Below, one piece after another: positions 63,419-64,000 of a DNA stretch of 64,000 nucleotides. Origin of the DNA: the human T2T-CHM13v2.0 reference genome, Homo sapiens. The translations under genes were made by a program, and so were the position numbers. Position 1 is the first letter of the stretch, and each line of letters starts with the position of its first letter. The stretch lies in the NCBI RefSeq assembly GCF_009914755.1, contig NC_060943.1. One strand, 5' to 3'. The notes below the pieces were generated by a model. It was given only the letters and a program-made list of their open reading frames with translations. It had not been told where the DNA came from and searched no databases.

Positions 63419-64000
63419 CTAGCGGGCTGAGGAGCCGGACCCCAGCTTCCCTGAGAACGGGTTGAGGCTTCCGGCTGGCGGCGTCCGGCCTCCCTGGACC
63501 CCGGGGCCCTGTTCTGTTCATCGTAAGAGCTAACAATGATACGGTTCTTCCTTGATGCCAGGCAACATCCCAAACAACTTTAATTAATTTATTTAACTCT
63601 CCCACCAGCCCTATGAGATAGGGCCTGCGATTATCCCCTTTTGTCAGTAAACAGGCTCAGAGATACCAAGCGACCTAGCTGAACCTACACAGCGACCAGG
63701 ATTTGGCCCAGGAGTTTGTCCTCCAGGGCTCTTCATGGCTAATTCACAGGCGTGGCCTCTCGCGGCTTGCCTGGGCCGCAGCCTGGCTCCCGGGTGTCCA
63801 GTCCATCCTCCCTTTTGGACGTTGGAGGGGCCGCAGCGTCATCTCCGATGCACCCTCATCCTCAGATACCGGGTAGAGATCTCGCCGGTAACGATCCTTC
63901 CTACTGCGTCTGTGCCCCAGCAGCTGGTGTTTTACACCCCACTTCCCCACCGAAAGACTGTTTTAGTGCTCCAGACCCCCACCACCACCTTGCGTCGCTT

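Overview
This is primate genomic DNA, almost certainly human 19q13.12, and it is Alu-dense. I reconstructed the + strand genes exon by exon from GT-AG sites. They are PMIS2 (CD225/dispanin, 2 coding exons), HAUS5 (19 exons, 633 aa), RBM42 (10 exons, 480 aa), ETV2 (6 coding exons, 342 aa) and the promoter plus non-coding exon 1 of COX6B1. The most notable item lies between PMIS2 and HAUS5 and is not visible as a single ORF. It is a second, three-exon CD225/dispanin-family gene (11596-16398) with a CCAAT/GC-box promoter and a perfect-Kozak ATG at the very end of exon 1, encoding an 86-aa IFITM/PRRT2-like membrane protein. Its last exon carries an 18-nt duplication with two competing acceptors: one gives a premature stop, the other the full protein. 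Other notable items are a ~300-bp inverted duplication bracketing the ETV2 ETS-domain exons, a decayed REXO4-derived fragment, a templated insertion inside an Alu, a very young internally deleted Alu, and nested LTRs. Most entries in the ORF track are Alu-derived or antisense noise. Gene and repeat family names come from sequence recognition, not database searches.
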